From contig CM097886.1 of assembly GCA_044892525.1 (NCBI GenBank), positions 65,782,001 through 65,846,000 on the forward strand: a stretch of 64,000 nt of DNA, read 5' to 3'. The position numbers were made by a program, and so were the translations under genes. This document shows, in pieces, positions 48,420 to 62,539 of the stretch (position 1 is its first letter; every line of letters begins with the position of its first letter). This stretch comes from Schmidtea polychroa. Taxonomy: Eukaryota. The notes below the pieces were generated by a model. It saw nothing but the letters and a program-made list of their open reading frames with translations. It made no database searches and was not told the origin of the DNA.

Positions 48420-50850
48420 TACCGGATGGCTCGTCATAATTTTCTAATAAATGACTAATATTTAATAATTCATTTTTACTCATGGCCCGATATCCAAACG
48501 CAATGACTCTTTCTTTATTTCCTTCAGTTTGAGATAATACAGCTCCGATGGGATCAAAGCCTGCATCTGTATCCAATATGAAAGGTTTAGTAAAATCTGA
48601 AAACTTTAAAACAGGTGTAGACGTTAATTTTAGCTTTAAAATTTGAAAAGAACTTTCACAGTGATCTGTCCACTGTAGTTTCTTTTGTTTACTCCCATAT
48701 AGCGCTTCTAATACTTTTGTTCTTTTCTATAAATCTTCGATAAATATTTTGCTGGGTTATTGGGTTGATGATAAAATTAAAATTCTTACTCTGACTCCAA
48801 GCGTGTCTTTGACTGACTCACAATTAACAAGTAACACTGGAAACTTTATTGAATATCACAAATATTTTCACAATGATACAATTGAGTCAATAAGCTGACT
48901 ATCGATTATACAGTGCTTATTACAACCCTATGGTGAAGAACAACATACGCGTATAACCTTGATTTGACAAATCTCTCACAACTGTGGAGAGTAATAATTG
49001 GTAATTTTAACTGATTGTTTTCTGATTTGACTTGGATTTACTCGTCGAACTTGACTCTGTTATCAACTGAATAAGCTCTTGCTGCTTCACTTTATTTCTG
49101 TTTTCTCTTTAATTTTCTCTGCTTCAATTCTCTTCAAATTCTCCAAATAAATTAAATATTATATCTCAAATCTTCCGTCGCAATTCTGTTCCACAATATT
49201 CCACAAAATTCTGACTCAAATGTTTCCTCGCAAATATTCTCCTTTAACTGTTTTCCTCGTAATCGTTCTTCTAACTTGTTCCCCAAATTGTTCTGTAAAT
49301 CGTTCTCTAACTCGATCCCTTAGTTCTCTGACTGCTTCTGCTGTGCTTCCCCTTTTATACATCGTCACTTTGTGGCACTTCAGTTTATCTTTAATTTCCC
49401 ATTTTTTCTCCAATATAATTTCCCAACTTTTCCCTGCAACCGAGTTTTCTTTGACAGTTGTCGAGATATTTTCTAATTTTCCCTTTTGAGGCCCCGGCCT
49501 GTTTTTGTTTTGTTCCCGTTATCTCTGACAAGCTGTCGAGATAAGAATATTGTTGTTTTTTCTATTTTTCCTGATTTTGAAATTCCTTTTCCTTTTTGTA
49601 CTAACTAATTAGTAATGACCTTTGTTTTTGTTTTCATGTCTGATTTCTTTTGTTTCATTCCTCTTTCTCATTTCATTTTACTTCCGTTTTCTTTTCTGAA
49701 TTCCCATAGATCTTCCCGTTTGCCATGACGATCTTCCCACAAGTAATTTTATTTATTTATTTATAAATTTGTTATTTAGGTATCCCCAAGAATTTGCAAA
49801 GTCTAAGAATCCTCTCAAACCTTTTACACATTTAGGTCTATCAAAATGTTTAATAGTTTCTATTTTGCTATTGTTCGTTCGTTATCAATTTTCTTCAATG
49901 ACCTGACCCAAAAACTTTACTTCATTCTTTTTGAATTGATAGGCTTATTTTTATGTTTGCTTATTTAATATTTTGAAATACTTTTTCAACAGTTTTATAA
50001 TGTTCATCTAGTGTTTTGGAGAAGATAAGGATATCATTAAGATAGACAATCGCTCTTTTCCAGTTCAATTCGACAAGAACAAGATTCATAAGTCTTTGAA
50101 ATGTTGCAGGTGCGGCAGATATCCAAAATGGCATTCTATTGAAGTAATATTGCGTGTTTTTCGTCGAAAAAAATTTAGATTCATCTAGTAATTCTTCGGT
50201 ATTTAGAATCGGGAAGATTGGGCGTTCTGTTAAATTATTCAAACCACGATAATCCAAACATATTCTTCTATCACTAATGTTTTTCTTTTTAATGAATACT
50301 TATGGTGAATTTCAAGGTGATGTACATTCTGAAATAATGCTATATTTCAACATTTCTTGAATATTTTCCTCAATCTTTCCTATTAAATGCACTGGTTGTC
50401 GTCTAGGGTTGATTACAATTGGACTACCTTTAGTAAGTATTTCATGCTTTAATAATTCGGTCTTTCTAATTTCCCATTTATGTTTCATAAAAATTTAATC
50501 TTATCTTTACAAATATCGCTTTTAAATAAATTTTCAGTAATTGCATTTATATTATCTTCACATTTCTTTACCTCCAATTTAATACCAATTTTTTTATTGA
50601 TTTTGGATTTATATTTTTGTCTACTAAAAATTCCACTACTTGGATTTGAGAAATCTTATCTATTTTTACTTGTAGAAGAGTTTTACCACAAATTTCAATT
50701 GGACTATCGTTTGCACATCTTATCTTCAAATTACTATTGGTCAATTGAAAATTACCTTTTTTTAAAAATACTATCATCGATAACAATTATGGTGGAAGCA
50801 ATCTGGTTCACTTTTCCCAAGGCCGAAATAGTAATTATATGAAACAGAAA
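48420..50850 (-). pseudogene. pol: Degraded Gypsy pol (protease-RT-RNase H) split by a solo LTR
   Basis: IRCANDSPIEICGKT (protease); ICLDYRGLN, RMPFWISAAPATFQRLMN and IVYLNDILIFS (RT, with YLDD changed to YLND); YRRFIE and KPFILDTDAG..IGAVLSQ..ERVIAFGYR (RNase H) on the far side of the insert. Confidence 0.85.
48750..49791 (-). mobile_element. Solo LTR (family 3), 1042 bp, inserted between the RT and RNase H coding parts
   Basis: Minus-strand ends TCTTGGGGATACC...CCCAGCA; TSD ATTT at 48746-49 and 49792-95; homologous to 54432-55433. Confidence 0.85.
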
Positions 50851-51397
50851 TGTGGACGAGACACTATTTTCAGTTACAGAATGAAATTAGGTGTCTTAAA
50901 ATAATGGTACAAGAACATAGTCAGAATAATCTAAGTGACAATAAATGATTTAACGTATCAGCAATTGATAAACATTTAAAATTTTATATTATACATTAAT
51001 AAATACTATTTGAAAATACTTTTTTTAGATATTTTACAAAATCAATCTTTGAAAGTTTATTTACTTTTATTTATTTATTTTTATAATTTTTAAATATATA
51101 CTTATAATCAGTAGTGAGCTGTGAAAAAAACAACAAAGGGCTCGCAAAAAAAAATTTAGGTGTTTTTCGTTCAAAAAATGCTTTTTTCCGAATTTGCTTT
51201 TTTAGTAAAATATAAAAGCGTCCAGAAAATTATTTTTTGATATACAAATGCGGTAAAATTGTTTTAAAAATGTGTACTACCAAAACAATAGAAATTTTAA
51301 TTTGAAGTGAAGCGCAAAATCACAGTTGAAAGAACAACAAGGGGCTCTGCCGAGCCCCCGCGGGACATGCATAGCTCACCACTGCTTATAATGACTA

Positions 51398-51612
51398 CAG
51401 TCATACCCGGATAACGTCGGTCCACCATTATAGTCATACCCCACTGTAACGTTGCGTGGCTTCGCTGTAACGTTTTTTTTTAATTCTCTTAATCTTTTAA
51501 ATTTATTTAATTGCGAATTTTTTTCTTAATTATAATTAGTTCGTATAACGTTGTTTCGGTTAACATCGCGTTTTTCTGGAACCATTTAACAACGTTAACC
51601 GGGGTATGACTG
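51398..51612. mobile_element. pogo/Tigger-type MITE
   Basis: TIRs CAGTCATACCC(C)GG(A/T)TAACGT; TA at 51396-97 and 51613-14. Confidence 0.8.
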
Positions 51613-52905
51613 TATTATTTTTCTTCATTTTAGGACGAATTTTTAAATTAATTTACAAGCAAAAATCATATTGAGTCGAGTGATTGTATAAAAATTAAAA
51701 ACGATATTGATTGTCTGATTATCATAAAGTGCTTTGATGTTTAATTTAACTTTATTTGAAGGTCTAATATATTTTTTTGTAAATAATACAAATACTAGTG
51801 ACAAATGAGAAAGCAGATACGAACACTAGGTTAAATGTTTTCTGAAACACATGCTAAATTCCATAAGACATTTGCATATCTACATGACCAGAAATGATTC
51901 TAGGATTACACTTGTTTTATTAATAATTTTTAATTTAGATTTTTATGCAAAATATGACTTATATGAATGAAACTCAAAAAAATTGTTTGTTTTTTATTTT
52001 TTAATATTTTTTTAATTTTTTTATCCTCAGAAAAAAGATTACGAAATAAATTCAAATAAATCAGCAAAATATAAAAAATCGAAATGAAGGTGAATATCAG
52101 ATATGAAAATAATGGACATTAAAATTAATATAGAATGGAGTTCATCCGAATTGGACTTTGCTCTTCCACCAAAAATAACGTTTAGCTGATACTTGTTTTA
52201 TCTTATTTTATACTCGTTTAAAATTAATAGACTAATAAACATTGGACGCGAGCCACATGAAAATTTCTTTACAAAATAATACATAAAATTTTAAAATTTA
52301 TTTCCAATTTTGAATAAATTTGAATCAAGGACATCAAAAAACCACAAATAAATCTTTATTTAAATAAATTGAATTCTTCATCAGATTTATAATTTATTTT
52401 ATTATTATCATTATTATTATTATTATTATTATTATTAATTGACGAAATGGATTGACCCATATTAGTGATCATTTTTGCAAGTGTACCAGTAAAAAACTAA
52501 GTATTTATGATTTTAAGATCTTGTTGAAAAAATGAGAAATTTCTGGGAACGAGTAACGTTTGAGGTATTGTTAATTAGATCTTTAAATCCTATAATTGTT
52601 ATTCAAAGTACCCAGTCTACAGGGATTTTGAATGTATTCAAATAATTTAACTTGCATATTTATCATTTGGGATGATTTTATTGTTTGTTAAATTTTTATA
52701 TGAAAATTTTTTTAATTTTTAAATTAATTTTTTATATTAATTTTATAAGTTTTTTTGTATGAGAATGTTGACAACTTTGCTTTTTTTTTAAATTAAAATA
52801 ATTTTTATATGATTAAAAAAATGTTTTTATTTTCAAAATATTTTTTTAGTTTGACACATTTTGATTATGATAATTATTTGTTGATTTTTTTGAATATTCT
52901 TATTT

Positions 52906-53077
52906 NNNNNNNNNNNNNNNNNNNNNNNNNNNNNNNNNNNNNNNNNNNNNNNNNNNNNNNNNNNNNNNNNNNNNNNNNNNNNNNNNNNNNNNNNNNNNNN
53001 NNNNNNNNNNNNNNNNNNNNNNNNNNNNNNNNNNNNNNNNNNNNNNNNNNNNNNNNNNNNNNNNNNNNNNNNNNNNN
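52906..53077. other. Assembly gap
   Basis: Run of N. Confidence 1.
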
Positions 53078-53297
53078 AAGACTACGGGTTTGAAATCTTC
53101 GGTAAGAAGTATTAAAACTTTTCATTATTAATTTATTATAATAAAGACTAAAATTAAATGTTATAGCTGTTTTTGTTTTATTGTTTATTCTTCAGTTTAA
53201 TTGTGATATTTACTTGAATATTTGCTTATCATTTTCTTAAATAATAAATTAAATATCACTTAATCATATTCTTGATTCTTTTTACCAATATTTTAAT

Positions 53298-56200
53298 ATG
53301 CCAATTTCTTCATCTCGGAAAAATATTTTACCCCCAATAAAATCAAAAATAGAAAGTTCGAGATCCCTTCCAATCAAAAACACAAATCATGCGGATTTGT
53401 CAAAAATCTATAAAACTGTGCTGTCAATAATCAATGACATTGAAAAGCAAATATTGGATTTCGGTAATTTATTGATGCATAAACCAAGGTCATCTTCCGA
53501 AAATCTAGAAAACTTTTTAGAATTTTTGGAAGCTCAAAAGGAGAATGAAGAAATTAAATTCCCGAATCATTTACTTGATATTCTTGAAAGAAACTCAAAT
53601 CAACCTCATATGTTAATCTCAGAATTCTATGATCTGAAAGCCATTGGGAAAAAATTGCAATCATTACAAAAAATTATACATAAAATCCCACTAAAAATGG
53701 ACTATATTTTCCTTCACAATTTATTACCTTATTGTGTAAGTTTTATTGACAAAGTTGGCGGGAAAGAAATACCTCCAATTACTAAAGAATACGAAGAGAT
53801 AATAAATAAAAATCTCACGGAAATTGAAAAATTAGCAGAAAATGCTAAACTCAATCCAATTTCAAAAAACTCTCAAGACATTTCAATCCGAAAATATCTC
53901 AACACTCACGATCAAGTCAACTCTCATGTGGTTCAATTCGGGGAGGTTTATCTAGAAATTTGCTCCATTGTCAAAAATTGGATTGAAATCGACAGACAAT
54001 ATCCAGAAAAATTACAGGAAACCATTTTATGGCTAAGAAACAGAAGGTTAATGTTATCAAATCGAATTAAAGCACTCAAAAAACACCAATTTGAATTGAA
54101 AACCAGAATAATTGACATGGAAAAATCAATAAATCTAAAATCAAATCAAATATCCCAAACAAATATTGACGCTATCCACTATACTCAACATGACAAAAAT
54201 GTAATTGCGGCCAGCAACAAAATTAAACAGGATATTCACGAAATGAATTGCATCATTAACACCCATGCCATCGAAAAGCAGCAATGCATTGAACAAAACA
54301 TGATTAGATATCATGATGAACAAATAAATGCTTACAATGTCTTAATAAAAAAGGTAAGAATATATTTAGCTAATTTTATTAATACAACAAATTCTCAACA
54401 AGTGTTTAATACTCATTGATGTCGATGGAACTGTTGAGGATACCTAAATAACAATTTATAAAAAAATAAATAAAATTACCTGGGAAAGATCGCCATGACA
54501 AACGGGACGATCTATTGGAACTCAGAAAAGAAAACGGAAGTAAAAAGAAACTAAAAATGAGAAAGATAAAGGAAATAAAAGGAATCAAAGAGGAAAATGA
54601 AAACCAAGGTCAGTACTAATTAATTAGTACAAAAAGGAAAAGGAATTTTGAAATCGGGGAAAAAGTAAAACAACAATATCCTTATCTCGACAGCTTGCCA
54701 GTGATAATAAAATTGATGGTAGAAGGCGGTCAAACAAAAGAGAGAAAAAGGGAAAATAACTTGACAGCTGTCAGAAATAAAATGGGACAGTCGGGGAAAG
54801 TAGGAGAAGAAAAATGGAAAAACACTTGATTATCTGGAGTGCCACAAGAGAAACGAACTATATAAGGGAAAACTGGTGGACATGAAATGGGAATAAAATT
54901 AGAGACAAAAGTGATGCGAAATTGAGACAATTTGAAAGACAGTTTGAGAGATGATTTGAGAAACGAATTGAGAGACGATTTAAGAGACGATTTGAGAGAT
55001 AAAATTATTGTTGGACAAACGATTGTCAAAAAAATAATTGTAAAGGAAATAATTGTTGAGAATAATTATTGGAGAAGAGTTGAAGAAAAGAATTAGTTGA
55101 AAAATAAAACGAAAAGAAGTTATTTGATTATTTGAATAATGTTGTGAAGAAAGTCAAAGAAAGCAACCAGCTGAAAGTCCCAGTGATAAACCATTCAGTG
55201 ATTTGTGGTCTTTTTATCCGGTGTTATACTTAAGTGCTATTCCTCACCGAGTGTTGTAATAAGCATTTTATAGTCACCAAGCAGAGCGTTGAATTTATTG
55301 TCAGTGTAAAGAGAAAGTTTATTTGTGATTATCAATAAAGATTTCTGTTGTCAAGTGTTATTTGTGAATCGGTTAAAGACACGCTTGGAGTCAGAGTAAC
55401 ATTTAAAATAATCACCTACTCAATAACCCAACAGAACCAAAGACAATATAACTTTCTGTATACTATCATAAATATCAGGATTCATTGTCGAACCTCCAGA
55501 TAACACACTGTTTGAATGTAAATCCTTTCTGAGGTCAACATCGCATTTCATCTTGCTGTTATAAGTCCAATCCTGAATACCAGCAGTTTCTATTCCCAAA
55601 AATGATGACTGTAACAAAACTTCAGGACATCTGAATCTTTCATATCTAATGGTTATAAATTGATCATCTGGTAGTTCATAACTCTTTTGAAGAAACGATT
55701 AAAAATCAGTAGTCTGCATTGCTTGCTCAAAAACAAGACCAATGAAACATAGTTGTTCTTTAATATCTAGAACAAATTCTCTTTCCACTGTGGTTGTAAA
55801 ACTATAACATCGTTCTGTCAGTATTTTCTGTCAGTATAATCTGTCAAATCATTTATTGACCAACAATTAAGAGAAACACATCATCTCCGGCAAATCCAGT
55901 TTTGCACATTCCTGATTTATTATCCCTAACCATTATCACTTTTTAAGAAAAACAAATTCCGATATTCGAATTTTTATTAAACATAAGAAACAAAATAAAG
56001 CTCCAAAATCGAAAAAACCAGAAATGCAAAAAATCAATTCAATTAATTCGACCAAACAAACATAAAACTCTCCTTCCAGAACTCGAAAATTATAATAAAA
56101 TAGCCAACACCAAAACCAATCACAATTACAACTTAACTCGATTAAAAAGTACATTGCCTTGTCTCTGTGTGTGCACCCAACAAATAAACCCAAAAACATC

Positions 56201-59200
56201 AACGCGCACACAGACGCGATACATAAATTAACTCGTTCAGGATTAACCAATAAGTGTAACTCTCAATAGCTATTTTGCTGGATAAATAAAGCTCTCAAAA
56301 AATGAATCAAAAAATTGATTCATTAAAATTCGATAACTTTCACTCTTTATTTTTTATGAGTTTGAAAACTATATTGATTTATTTCTCGTGATATTTATCG
56401 AGAATTTACTGTATAATTTTTATTAGGTTCATTTACCGTTATTTCTTTTCAGAATATCGATTTTTATTTTATGTTTTTCATTTAAATAGATAAATATGAA
56501 ATAAAATATATATCATTGGTTTGAGAAGAAATGAAAATTAAGGAATTTGAAAATGAAAATAGATCAAAACGGAAAGTTTTTTCCAATAAAACAAATAGGA
56601 GATCACAATTTTTTATTACAAATTTTTATTTAACGATACTAATAGAGAACATTTTTATTTTTCAATAAAATTATATGTAACCTTTTACTCTATTAACATT
56701 AATATCTTTCACCCATTTCTTCAAATTTTGTTGTCTTGGTATCTTTAGCAAATGAAATATATTCTTCTAAATTACTTTTCGTGTTGTGTCTTATATATAA
56801 ATAATATTGTTGATCAACTTGTCTACATGTCCGTGATCTTTGAAATAAAAAAATTGTTAAAACAGTTTTTAAGTATCTGAATTTATTAGTTTCAATTTAC
56901 TGGCTGTATTTGGAAACTAAAATATCAACTTAATATCGAATTTGCCTTACAAGTTACTTATCAATAGAAGAATACACTATTTCCAAATTGAATTTGCTAT
57001 AAGTAATTTTTATATCAAATTCACGTGATATTTTTGTTTTTTTATAGAAAATATGTGAACACTCATTTACTTCAAAATTGTATCCTCATTTTTCATTTTA
57101 GGGATAGGATTTAGAATCGGATATATTTTAATAATTCAATATTACAACAATGACCCTTTGGAATGAATAGTACGTTTACAATACAACTTGAAATTGACAA
57201 CCGCTTGACTACTGTTTCTGGTTTCGATGATCAGTAAATTCGATCTAACTGCTTTCTTAGTTTTAACTTGAATTTGCTTGATAGCTTTAATTTGTTTTAA
57301 ATCGCTTCTTTGATAACTTCGTAATTCACTTTGGGTTTCATTTTAATTCTGTTTTTTTCTTTTCTTTACTGTTTCTCTTTTTTATGTTACAATTTTATTT
57401 ATTTTTAGTGTCTCAATGACAGACGTAATTAAAAGAAAGCGTAGATTCCAAAACATTAAACAAAAACTTGTAGAAATTTAAAGGATAGCGGATGGTAAAT
57501 ATATCTTAAACTTGGCCAACGAAGTTGATGTCGTAAGAACTATGATTAAAGAACGAAGGCCTATAAATTTACTAAATCTAAAACGTCAAATTAGTACTAC
57601 TAAGAAGCCTAAAAGCAAATCTCTTAAAAGGCTTTGAAAGGCAAATGACGCAATACATAAAGTGGAAAATTAATAAAGGAAAAGACCCACAGCTCAGTTA
57701 TGAATATATTATGTATATAAGAAAACTTTGAGATGATGCAGTAAAAAAAATATAAATTGTTTTAACTATGTGAGGTGTTTTCAGATGAGAATTAAATATT
57801 TCAATGATTTATTAAGATAATTTTAAATGATAAATAATGGACTATTAAAATAACTTTTAAAATAATTTTTAAATTTTTAAATTGAAAAAATTAAACAAGC
57901 TTTTTAAAAGAAAATGATTTTTAAATAAATATATTTTAAATATCGAAATTTTAATAAATCGTTTTGAAAATATTTTATTCAACGCTGAAAAATTGTTTGA
58001 AAATTATACAATATTTCATTAAATAAATACTTGGAATTATGACGTTAACTTTTGAACCTGATTTAAAAAATAATTTAGAAGATGTATTAGCAACTTCTAA
58101 TAAACTACAAATGAAGATTACTGATTTTTTATTAAAATAAAAATTCCTAAATTTTATATTTGTTAAAAAGTAATTTTCGGCAGTCCGACTTTTTTCGATA
58201 GGCCCCGACATGGTCGGATTACTGAAAGTCTACTGTATTTATAATGACATTATATAATTATACAGCAATTTACTTTAACCCTTTAAACGCGTTAAAGGAA
58301 AAATAAAATTGTATTTGAAAAATGCAAATTTTTCATAACAAGTAAAGAATTCTATAAAATTCCTTTTAATTTTTTTATCAATATCTTGGTTTAATGCACC
58401 ACAAATTCGTTGACAGGTTATATTTTGGAAGGAAGGGGCTCAAAAATTAAGATCAATGCGTCGAAAAGGAAAAATCTTCGGGTGACTTTAATCGATTTAC
58501 GCGTCCAAAGAGTTAATATAAAATATAATTATTATCTCTTTTTAAATTAATGATATGAAATATTAGGCAAAAAAACGTCTGGGTCACATGTCATCAATTT
58601 TGAATGATTTAACTCAAAAACAGTCTGAATGTTTGAACAATGGCAAACAAATAAATCATAACCTCGAATCAGAAAAAGAAAATTGCGAAAAATGCATTTT
58701 GGAATCGAAAAATATAGAAGACGAAATTGTTGAAATTGCGAGAAAAATTTCGGAAATAAATGAGCAAATTATTGTTATTCATCACATCATTTCACAAAAA
58801 TTGGATAAATTTGCCTTTTATCCTACCACCTCGTGTTCACTGAATCGTTTGAATACCCCCCAAATTACAAATGGTATTATTTTCAATTTTACTGTAAATA
58901 ATTATTAAAAATATTATATTTTACATAACAATTCTCACATATTATAAGAACTTTTTTTCCAATTATACCACTGATTTTTTTCCCATTGGATTTATTAAAA
59001 AGAGAGCTTGAAGACTATAAATCAGTAATATATCGATGTTTTTGATACCCATGAATTTTCGGCACTGCCTTTTTCAAGTGAATTTCACTTTTCGCTCTTT
59101 TCGCAGTGAAATTCACTTGAAAAAGGCAATGCAGAAAATTCGTGAGTATCAAAAACATCGATATATTACTGATTTAGAGTCTTCAAACTCTCTTTTTAAT

Positions 59201-61656
59201 AAATTCTTACATAATTTTAACATTTATTCTGACAACTCGACATACAAAAGGTAAATTTGTATATATTTTCAATAAATTTATGTACAAGTAAAAATGATAC
59301 TTTGTTTTGAATGATGAATGCAATCTCTTAATCTCTAAGTTTTAGCGAAATAAAATCTTATCTACGGCCAATAAAGTTTCTGGATCGACCCTTGGTCTTT
59401 CAATAATAAAACATCATCTGATCCGTTTGAGCATTTTACAAGTATTTTTCAATAGTTGAATGAACTCATATTAAAAATTAAATAAAATTGTTAATTTAAA
59501 AAGTTTAAAAATTAATGAATTAAATTTCAGATATCGATCAAATAGAGGCATTTTTCAAAACTGCAGCTCCGGTTATTGGTTCAAAATGGAAGGATGTTTA
59601 CAGAAAATTAAATTTTGATCCACCAAGAGATTGGAAACAAATTGAAATGGATTTGGAAGGTAAGTAATTTTGATTATTTAATTACTAAACATATTATATA
59701 ATAAATTTGACTTTTAAAATTTTTTATTATTTAAAATATACTAAACATTTTTAAATATTTTTAAAACTCAAATGTTAAACGAATAATTATTTTAAAATTA
59801 AAAAATCAAATTTAATTAATTACTCTCTAACAATATACAATATACCCTCGTATAACATGGCACCGAAATTGTAGCATCCCTCATCCGTAAAGTGATCAAA
59901 TATTTTTATTGGAATGCGGGAGATGTACAAATCAAAATCGATTAATCCGGGACGTCTGGTCACTTTATACTAAACCCCTGCATGAATACACACTAATAAT
60001 GTGTGCATTATGAAATACTATAACAAGAACACTATTTTTATTTTTTCACTATAAGAGTGTAAATTGCAAATTTACATTTTTAAAAAGACTGTATACTAAT
60101 TATTTAACCCTGCTGACCATATTCCGCAAAACTTGCAATGTACTATATTCTATTATACAACTATACATTTTATGGAAAAGACGAAAAAAGAAAAAAAATA
60201 CTTGAATTTTTTCTGCTTTCTTTTTTGAAAATGTTTTGAAAAGCGAAAATATTAAAATAAAGGTTGCATGTCTAATGCGGGATACTTTCCGGGACAGTTT
60301 TCAGTGATGTTCAAACAACTCAAAAATTGGACATTCCCGCATAATCCTGGGCATCTTGTAACTTTGCTCATACGGCACGCTTAGGTTATCAGTATAACAC
60401 GATTTAAAATATAAATGTTAAGAGACTTTATTTCACGAAGCAGTCTATAACGCTACCAAATGTTTAAAAGTTTATGTTTCAAATTAAATAAATAAACTTG
60501 TGATTTGCATTTTTATCTCTCTATAAATTGTCATGTAAATAATTAATTAAACCGTAAACTTGTGAATACCTGTCTAGTTTTGAACAAATATAGTCATCAT
60601 CGCGATAAGACTTGTATTAATAAATTTTTGTAACAAAACTTAAATAAAGAGAATTTCCTTTATCGCACATGAATTATTTCCTCTAAGGTTCCTAAAAATA
60701 TTATTGATGTCATTTTAAAACCTTTTGCCTTTTATACTGCTTAAGCATCTAAATGTTTTCTATGATACTTTTGTGGTGATAAGTATACTTACCATTGTTG
60801 AGTAGGTACAAAAACACTAAAACTTCAACTTCTGTATAATTTTTGTGTATTTTACATTTAACCACGGTTTCGGTTTTCATATAAAGTGGTACGCATTATC
60901 AAAATTTATATAGTCAATGAGTTTCACATAGCATGGTGACATTTGAATGTTTTATTATAATTAAAAATTGTCTATACACTTTAAAAGTTGAAGTTATTAT
61001 TAAAAATTAGGCAGGAAACAAATAGTAATCTGACTCCATGTGGCCCTAATATTAGAACACCAAGACCAAACACAATTAAGTTTTATTTTCAATACAGCAA
61101 TTCCAAAAGTTCAATAGTTCAATTGATATTATTAGTTAATTATGTTTTACTATAATTAATTGATATTAATTTGTATTGATTTGTATTAATTTATATTGAT
61201 TTGTATTAATTTGTATTAATTTTTATTAATTTGTATTAATTTGAATATTTCATTTTATTAGTAATTTTAAGTATTATTATAATTATTTTACATTGAATTT
61301 TTACTAAATTTATAAATTACATTAATTTTTCTTATTTGGTAACAAACATTGAATGCAACCAAAAATTACATTTTATATACATAAATTATATATGAATAAT
61401 GTAATTTTGTGGCATTTGTTGATAAATTAATTTAATATTCATTATTTCATAAGGAATAGATATTAATAATAAACGATTGGAACCCGATTTTACAAAACTC
61501 GCTTATTTGTCTTTACAAAAATGGAAGCGATTAAGTCGTCAAGCAACTATTAAGAATCTTATTCATGTTTTAAAGAAGTCGAATCTTGCGAAATATGTTT
61601 CTTCGCAGTATACTTCAGAAGATATTTTTGGAAAAGAACAAAAATTATTTTTGTGA
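53298..61656 (+). CDS. Coiled-coil protein with a C-terminal death domain, 564 aa
   Basis: Hand-spliced exons 53298-54353, 58567-58873, 59531-59659, 61454-61656; phases 0, 1, 1 all match (1695 nt). Exons 3-4: [20 protein letters not shown]...IEMDLE...[29 protein letters not shown] fits the death-domain pattern (G.dW..l.R.L ... L..W....AT...L...L). Confidence 0.75.
54405..55933 (-). pseudogene. actin (pseudo): Internally deleted actin pseudogene in intron 1 of the death-domain gene, split by a solo LTR
   Basis: [18 protein letters not shown] jumps to DLTDY...[50 protein letters not shown]...[22 protein letters not shown]; LV|PSTSMSIK resumes after the LTR. Stops and frameshifts present; no introns seen. 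Confidence 0.9.
54432..55433 (+). mobile_element. Solo LTR (family 3), 1002 bp
   Basis: TGTTGAGGATACC...CCCAACA; TSD GAAC at 54428-31 and 55434-37; AATAAA ~90 nt before the end. Confidence 0.9.
58988..59206. mobile_element. Foldback MITE, copy 2 (near-perfect ~100-bp arms)
   Basis: TTTATTAAAAAGAGAG...GTGAATTTCAC / GTGAAATTCAC...CTCTCTTTTTAATAAA. Confidence 0.85.
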
Positions 61657-61844
61657 CTCCTATAATTAATTTTAGTATAGAAATATAACTTGTTTCTGTT
61701 TTTATTTGGCATTTAAAGTTGGAAATTTAAAAATACAAAATGTTAAAAATAAGTCAAATAAATTTAAAATTTTTGTTGAAGAGTTTTATAATTTCTGTGC
61801 AGATTTGTAGAAATTTATGTATATAAATAAATATTCTACGAGTA

Positions 61845-62049
61845 ATTGTATTTATTAAAAAACTGACTATGAATTAACTATGAAGATATCGATGTTTTTT
61901 ATATTCACAAATTTTCGGCATAGCCTTTTTCAAGTGATTTTGAAAACATTTTGAAAAATCACTTGAAAAAGCCTGTGCCGAAAATTTGTGAATATAATAA
62001 AACATCGATATCTTTACTGATTCATAGTTAATTTTTTAATAAATACAAT
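61845..62049. mobile_element. Foldback MITE, copy 3
   Basis: ATTGTATTTATTAAAAAA...CAAGTGATTTT / AAAATCACTTG...TTTTTTAATAAATACAAT. Confidence 0.8.
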
Positions 62050-62539
62050 GTTAATTGAAAAGAAATCAAAGGTGAAAATTGAAAGAAGTTCTTATAATTC
62101 TACGAGTAATACATATATTTTTTACATACATATATCTAATTCTTTGTATATTAGTGGAATAAAAGTTTATGAAACATTTTCAGAATTAACAAAGCATTTG
62201 TAGTAATTTTGTAATTATTATGTAATGATTGTTGCAGTGTTTAATTATATATGGTAGGACATATCAAAGGAAATGACGTTTGTTATTTCATTACAAATAA
62301 TTAGCATTGAGGCCAAACCAGTGCAAGGTTTGCAAAAAGCTTTTATCGAATGGAAAAATATCAGAAATATCAACCAGAGTCTTTAAAGCGACTAAATAAC
62401 TAAAAATGCCAGTAGAAAAAAGTATAATAAATTTAAAGAAAAACTAAATTTCTTTTAAGTAACAAATTAAAAATTATAACAAACTCTAAAGTTAAAAGTT
62501 ATTCATAATGGCCAGTTACATACACAAAAGCTCAGTGTA

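Noticed and set aside
54354-54419. ORF-track C-terminus of the 373-aa ORF
   Set aside because: Read-through past the GTAAGA donor into intron and actin-remnant sequence; the spliced model is preferred.
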